A stretch of DNA of 64,000 bases, taken from Eledone cirrhosa. Taxonomy: Eukaryota. The stretch spans positions 193,874,001 through 193,938,000 of the forward strand of contig OZ024742.1 of the NCBI GenBank assembly GCA_964016885.1, read 5' to 3'. Numbering within the stretch: position 1 is the stretch's first letter; each line of letters opens with the position of its first letter. Shown piece after piece: positions 56,632-64,000 of this stretch. The notes under the pieces were generated by a model. That model was not told the DNA's origin and ran no database searches. It saw only the letters and a program-made list of their open reading frames with translations. The position numbers and the translations under genes were made by a program.

Positions 56632-56798
56632 TGTTTCTACTTTAGGCACAAGGGGCCAGCAATTACTCAGTTCATTACTGGTACTTTATTTTATCGACCC
56701 TGTAAGGAGGAAAGGCAAAGTCAACCTCGGCGGGATTTGAACTCAGATCGTAAAGGGACGTAACTATGCTGGAAAGCATGGCGTCCGACCCTCTACCG
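56632..56798 (-). mobile_element. 5'-truncated SINE with 19-bp target-site duplication
   Basis: Reverse complement of 38925-39090; ATAAGTTGAGCCAAATAAT at 56613-56631 and 56799-56817; absent from the mirror arm. Confidence 0.92.
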
Positions 56799-57065
56799 AT
56801 AAGTTGAGCCAAATAATGCAGATTCATATGCAAATGAGATTAATCACCTCATTTACACAGACGAGAAAACTATATATTCTCGCCTGTCTTCTAGTCGAGC
56901 AGTTGCAAGCGCTGGGAGGCACCGTTCTGACGGTGGCCAGTTAAGCCTGAAATGCATAGACGTTTGTCACCCTTGCTTCTGCTGGACATCAACTGAGGGC
57001 GTTAACCCCCCGGCGTTTGCATAGCTACGGCTTTCTAAGACCGTATATCTTTGGAGATACGAAAT

Positions 57066-57096
<31 letters not shown>

Positions 57097-57418
57097 GTAT
57101 CATAAATAAGAGACAGTTTAATTTGTACATTTGTACATAAACATGTTATTTACAGTTGTATAAAAAAGAAGCATAATTGTTTCTACTTTTGGCACACATG
57201 GATATTTTTTCAAATTCCAATTGAGTTCTAGCACGTGGCCTGAATTCCTTTTAGAATTCATTGTTCTGCGCATGTATTATTTTTTTGTGGCGGTAATCTA
57301 CTTCCTCATTTCTGAATCAGTTTGAGTATTTCTTTAGAACTGCTGGAGTAGCAACCTTATGGTGATTATCGCTAAATACTGATGTTGGTTAGATTATCAA
57401 TATTAGTATTATTGGCCG

Positions 57419-57545
57419 CCCACTGAAGAATTATAAGAGCCCACTTGAATATGTATCTGTTGATCTTATACAAGCTTCTGCATAAATTGGTATAATTTCA
57501 CCCAAATTGTAGGAATCTTATAATGAAACGAGACGTCTGTCTGGG
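57419..57545 (+). ncRNA. Type I hammerhead ribozyme (family N, second copy)
   Basis: CCCA-CTGAAGA-ATTATAAGA...TCTTATAAT-GAAACGAGACGTCT-GTC-TGGG. Confidence 0.8.
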
Positions 57546-57546
57546 A

Positions 57547-58112
<566 letters not shown>

Positions 58113-58192
58113 CACATGATATATATATATATATATTCACACACACGATATATATATATATATATATTCATATATATATATTTATACATATA

Positions 58193-58224
<32 letters not shown>

Positions 58225-58319
58225 CATTATATATACACATTATATGTACACACACATTATATATACACACACAAATAGCCAAGTCAATGTACAGAACGGT
58301 TTTCATGATGCAGACAGTA

Positions 58320-58629
58320 CAGACAGCCAGACATACAGAGACACATTATAAGGGCGCGACGTTAATGCTATGTATCTATCTAAATAGAGAGACTGAGTAA
58401 GAGAGAGGATCATATCGTATAACCGGAAGTGTTGACATTTGAAAATGATAAATAAGTGAATAATTAAATAATATCTTTAATCTTTTAACACAATTTAGTA
58501 GACAAAAATACCCTCACTTTCTTATTTGGAAAAAGTTACATCTAAGGTGCAAATTTAGTACCGTTTGGTTCAGCCGTTTGGCGAAAAGTGTGTTACATAC
58601 ATACGGCCGTCAGCTTTATTAGCATAGAT
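58320..58629 (-). mobile_element. Non-autonomous Helitron-like fragment
   Basis: Minus strand begins A-TCTATGCTAATAAAGCTG...GTATGTATGT...AACGGCTGAACC...AAATTTG, the usual layout of such elements. 58320-58420 resembles 54780-54862. Confidence 0.5.
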
Positions 58630-59924
58630 ATATGGGGTTGGGCATGTATGTATATACAAACATCCCACTTAAGCCAAAATGTAATAAGTCGAATCAGCTT
58701 CAAAATATTACTTTTATGTTATATAATGCCTCAACCTTAGTTTCGAAAACTTAAAATGTAGCATAGGATATTGCAACCCATTGGAATAACCAATATTGGA
58801 AGTATTCAAGTTACCTCGGGAGGCGAATTCTTCATGACAATAAGGGGATAAGTTGAAAATACATCATACTTACCATTTCGTTTCTAGATCTTATGGTAGA
58901 TAAGATGGTGTATTATTGATTTACTAAATGAATATACTACACCCAAAGATAAGGTTGAATATATATCATATAAACCATGCCGTTTGTAGACAGCATGGTG
59001 ATGCAACGCTGAATTACTGTATGAACATATTCTACTGAATGTATTAGTAGAATACGACGGGTTTATATCGATGCTAGAAATAGCTGACAAAAGCCGTCTA
59101 AATCAGATCAAATCACGATGGAGCTATATTAATTTAAAACTATATAAAGTTAACTTTCTCTAATACATAGGTATCTCAAGGAAAGGACAAGATATATTAG
59201 TTAATTTTTTGTATGTGTGAGTGTACGCTTTTGTATTTGTTTTTGTTTTAAATACTGACTGAGTCAGTTGTTCCTTCTTTTAACATTTAAATCCTGCAGT
59301 AATGGTAAACAAGAAACCTACTACTATATAATAGTCGAATAAGACAGGGAAAAATTATCCACTCAAAGATGTCTTCAAATGTATCAAACATCAGTCAAAA
59401 TCTCATTTTATGGGGATAAAATTCAAATCAGTGAGTAGATATTTAATCTGCATCACGGCTCTTAGTACGCAACTACTTGTCTAAACTATATAATTTCGGG
59501 TCATATCTTTAATCGCACAATGTTATTTCTCCCTCTCCACTGCTAATCCCAGGAATTATTCCATCTGGAGCTCACCACGTACGTCCAGCTATACACAACA
59601 CTATCTAGATTCGTGATATAAACAAATAAAATTTAAACGTTTAACACGGGTTTTATCTCGTTTAATTTAATTTCACCTTAATTCATTTATAGTTACAATT
59701 AATCCTTGCAAATCGTTCGCAACTACAATGATTCCAAACAACACTATATAGAATATCCATCACCCACCATCATCATATGCCATTACCCCAGTACGCCCCC
59801 CTCCCACACACACATTGCTGTTACTAACAGGCAATCTCAAAACAAGCCCCATGTAACAGGTCACAACCAGCCAATACACTACCCTCCACATTTCTACTCA
59901 ATGCAGAAGGTGTCAGCCCATTGA

Positions 59925-62900
59925 TAAATGCACAGAAATGGAAGATACAATTCATTGAAGATTGGAGTGGTAACCATCCACTCCACATCACTTTCTTCAT
60001 TCTTACTGAGACCCACATTGACAACTCTCACTTGGAGGCCGAACTAAAAGTGAGTAATTTCACAACCATCCGCGCGGATCGTGTTGACAGAAGGAACGGT
60101 GGAACTGCCATGTTCCTGCATGATTCCTGTACGGCAGATGGAAATATCACATTCTCCAATGTCTACTGAGAATCAGTTACCGTGCACATTAAAGCCAATG
60201 ACCTAATAGTAGTTGGGCTCTATAGGCCACCCCAAATACATATAATGCGCTTCAAAGTATGCCACAACAGCAATAAGTACTTTATTCAACAGTGCCATTT
60301 TAGTAACATACTTTTGATGGGTGACTTTAAACTACCCTGGTCTACAAACAGTTTGAAACCAGGCAGTCCCACCTCAACCACTGACAAACAGTCGAGTCAA
60401 TTCTCGACTTCATGAATGAGTTTTTCTTGTCCCAACTTGTCCTTGCACCAACGAGGTATCAGAAGAATATTTTGGATCTAGTGTTTAGTAATCACACTAA
60501 CACTATACATAATATTACAGTGGAAAAAACCCTTCTTTCAGCCCACGACATGGTTCTTTGTAACGTGAGATTCCACCAGCCGGAAGCTAATCTTAGTGAC
60601 CTCTCTCCAGACCACCCATTTTATAACATGGATCTCTATAATGCCAACTGGGATGCAATGATGAACGAGCTATCACATGTTGAATGGTCTTTTACTCACG
60701 CACTCATTTCCACCAACATCAAAACATCTTCGCAGATCTTTGTAGACACTGCCACAAATATATGTGCAAAACACACCCCACCATGACCTGTGAACAAAAC
60801 TAAGTGCTGTATCCCTCAAAAACGAAACACTATTATCAGAAAAATAAAAAGAACAAACAAAAGAAGTAACATACTAAAATACTGCCAGCAGAAACACAAA
60901 TATTCGACCGCTATCGCACTGTTTAAATCAAATAAATATAACCCCCCAAAATGCATGAAGACCAGCATCAATAGCCAAAGAACAACTCAGGAGAAATGGG
61001 CCATTGAAAACTTTCAAACTCAACCTCAAAGTGTTCATTTCATTTGCGGAAAAACACAAAATCACTGTCTCCACTGTTGGCCCTCTAATTTATGAAAATG
61101 GCACACTCCATAGGTGAGACACTGCAGTAACAATACTGCTCTGTTTTCAGAGATCTGGGTTGTATCAATGACACACTATATCAGACATCATATCCGCTCT
61201 CTTGGTCTGGAAACCTGACTCCAGCCTGACTAGGAGTAGGAAGCTGTCATCCCCTGACGTTATCTCTAGGGATACGGGAATCAGTAGACAGGACCTGGGG
61301 GCAGCGATAGGGGACAGGGAATTCTGGGGCATGAGAGTGAGATCCATCATTTCGACAGTAGTCGACGAGTGATGATGTGATATCGGACATAACGTTTGGC
61401 ACCCCTGATGTCTTAGCGTCAATAGACGAAATTAAGCACAATTCAGTAGTAGGCCCCCGATAGATTCCCTCCTTGTGTCCTGAAGGTGTGTCGATACCAA
61501 CTTGCATCTCCTCTTGCTAATCTGTGGAGGAGCTTACTGGATGCTGGCTATATTCCTGAAAACCTTCTATCCCAGTCCGGTGTCCAAGTTGTAAAAAGGG
61601 AAACAAGTCTCTGGCAGTGAACTACCGTCCGATCTCACTCACCTCACATATTTGAGAGGGTGGTGAGATCACGAATAACCCACTTTCTCGAAAGCAACAG
61701 ATTGCTGATCTCCAACCACATGGGTTCCGTAGTGGAAGAGACCGCTTAAAGCAGCTCCTGCATCACGTTGATGATATTTTGAGAGCTTTGGGAGAGGGCT
61801 CCAGCACTGATGTCTTCTACTTTGATATCAGCAAAGACTTTGACAGGGTTGATCATAAGATTATATTGAAAAAACTATCCAATATTGGTGTCTCTGGAAA
61901 GTTACCACAGTGGATCAAGTGTTTCCTGACAGACAGAGCCCAACATGTTGTAGTCGAAGGAGTAAAATCAAGCCCAGGCAACGGCAGAAGTAGCGTCACA
62001 CAAGGCACTGTTTTGGGTCCACTTCTTTTCATCGTCTACATTAATGACATTACTGACATCATAAGAAACTTTGCAGATGATTCCAATCTCATCAATGACG
62101 TGTGTGACCGGACTTGCCTTCAGTCATATCTACTGGCTGTTATCCAGTGGGCGGAAAAGAAGAATATGCTGCTGAATGAAGATACATTCGAGTTGATCCA
62201 CTTTGGAAAATAGCATGCCTTGAAACTCCCATATTCTCTTCCTTGGGGTGAAACTCTAGTGGCATCCAACAATATCAGAGACTTGGGAGTAATTGTGGAC
62301 AACAACATAAGCTGGGCCACTCATATAAACACAAAAGTTGACATGGCCCGCTAAATGTGTTCGTGGATTCTCAGAACCTTCCATTCGAGAGATATCCACA
62401 CTGATATCATTCTCTTCTTCACTTTTTCCCGACCCCACCTTGAATATTGTTGTCCACTGGGGACTCCCAACACGAACCGCAGCATCATAAAGTTGAAGCA
62501 CCTCAAAGGTCTATGACAAAGAAGATAGATCGCATGACAGGCCTTGACTATTGGAGTCGGTTAGAAAAGCTCAAACTTTATTCTCTCCAACATCGCTGTG
62601 AGCTCTACATAATCTGCATAATTTCGAAAATGTTCCATCAGCATTGACCAACTGATGTTGGCATCAACTTAAAGGTACATAGAAGGCTTGGGCCCCGTGT
62701 TATCCGCCCACAACAATAATCTCTCTCGGATCTGATAACAACAATATAGCACAATTATATCACTTCAATTGGTACCGCTCTCTTTAACGTTACACCATAA
62801 CACATTAAAACGGAGGTCTTTGCACTAATTCCTTCAAGAAACTCTCGCTTGAGTGGGCCATGGTGTTCAAATCATGATTGGAAAGAATTCGCCAGGTGGT

Positions 62901-62962
62901 CGTATTAAGTTAGACATGGCCTGGGCCGATAGAGGGCGAAACCTATCAAAGTTATCAAAGTA
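59925..62962 (+). mobile_element. Decayed CR1/L2-group LINE ORF2 (APE + RT) with 3' end
   Basis: ILTETHI...RADR..RNGGTA; GLYRPP; MGDF; NILDLVFSN; NYRPISLTS; DISKDFDRVDH; QGTVLGPLLFIVYIND; FADD; LDYWSRLEKLKLYSLQ. Short ATCAAAGT tail; a homologous tail lies at 37135-37200. Confidence 0.9.
61189..61379 (+). mobile_element. RTE-type LINE 3' stub nested in the CR1-like element
   Basis: LLVWKP...SPDVISRDTGI...DREFW with a TGATGA end; flanked by ATATCAGACAT (61178) and ATATCGGACAT (61380). Confidence 0.75.
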
Positions 62963-62964
62963 AG

Positions 62965-62994
<30 letters not shown>

Positions 62995-62996
<2 letters not shown>

Positions 62997-63131
62997 CGAA
63001 GTAAATGTGGAAATGAACCTGGTGGACCATAACGCACCAAAGTACACAATACTTAGGGTAGTAGAGTAGGTAACAGGAACGAGTAGGACACCGACGGGTG
63101 ACCTCAAGCCGTTTCGACGGCTAATTCTGGA

Positions 63132-63133
<2 letters not shown>
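62995..63133 (-). mobile_element. Family C copy, truncated in the stem II hairpin
   Basis: Reverse complement of 39325-39462. Confidence 0.85.
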
Positions 63134-63190
<57 letters not shown>

Positions 63191-63191
63191 C

Positions 63192-63258
<67 letters not shown>

Positions 63259-63267
63259 TTGTAATAT

Positions 63268-63372
63268 AATGAAACGAAATTTCATTTCTCACTCTTAGTA
63301 CGGCACTTACTTAAATGTAAGTATGTATGTATACGTACATACATATATGTATACAGACGTACAGTAGCATGC

Positions 63373-63406
<34 letters not shown>

Positions 63407-63457
63407 GCATGGTACTGTACGTCTGTATACATATATGTGTGTACGTATACATACATA

Positions 63458-63460
<3 letters not shown>
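63268..63460 (-). mobile_element. Short family G fold-back copy with tail
   Basis: Tail at 63268-63318, then inverted arms at about 63319-63372 and 63406-63460. Confidence 0.8.
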
Positions 63461-63534
<74 letters not shown>

Positions 63535-63536
63535 AC

Positions 63537-63598
<62 letters not shown>

Positions 63599-63641
63599 TT
63601 ATCGAGCCCTCTTTGGATTTTAGTCTTCAAATTTATCATTA

Positions 63642-63696
<55 letters not shown>

Positions 63697-63762
63697 AATA
63701 TATAAATATATTTATGTAAATATATAAATATATAAATATATATATATAACTATATATATAAA

Positions 63763-63840
<78 letters not shown>

Positions 63841-64000
63841 TATATATATTAAAGTGTTTAACAATATTCAATGATTATGTCAAAGAATGAGTTTTACAGT
63901 AGATTGGAAGCACTCAACGGCAAAAAAAAATAATAATTTATAAATCCTTTTCCAGTGGTTATCACTGGCTGATATGATTCATGAGACGTTTTCCTAGATA

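Larger units (their letters stand above)
54920..57198. repeat. Composite inverted duplication of about 2.3 kb centred near 55960, containing two copies of fold-back family H
   Basis: Mirrored segments: 55651-55930/56000-56280, 55320-55625/56320-56630, 55068-55340/56800-57062 and 54930-55010/57097-57175. Confidence 0.9.

Overview
AT-rich, microsatellite-dense eukaryotic DNA, probably an intergenic or intronic block of a cephalopod (octopus-like) genome. The organism is inferred from the SINE types and (TA)n density only. I can support no host gene; most ORFs in the track are translated (TA)n/(CA)n repeats. The window is almost all transposon material: one near-intact and two partial Penelope-like elements of Naiad type (RT + GIY-YIG), an older GIY-YIG remnant, decayed RTE, CR1-like and CRE/REL LINEs, two SINE families and Helitron remnants. 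The main signal is a dense set of about 13-15 unrelated non-coding elements carrying type I hammerhead ribozyme (HHR) motifs. They mostly sit in (TA)n tracts, and many share one design: an inverted arm that stops at a TA, and a direct arm ending in a tail with an ACTC-N-GAGTRC hairpin motif. They include head-to-tail arrays with one HHR per monomer (629 bp x3, about 420 bp, about 701 bp), which look like retrozymes. Two or three families use the U3-A8 covariant HHR core (UUGAAAA). All folds were done by eye and no database searches were run.
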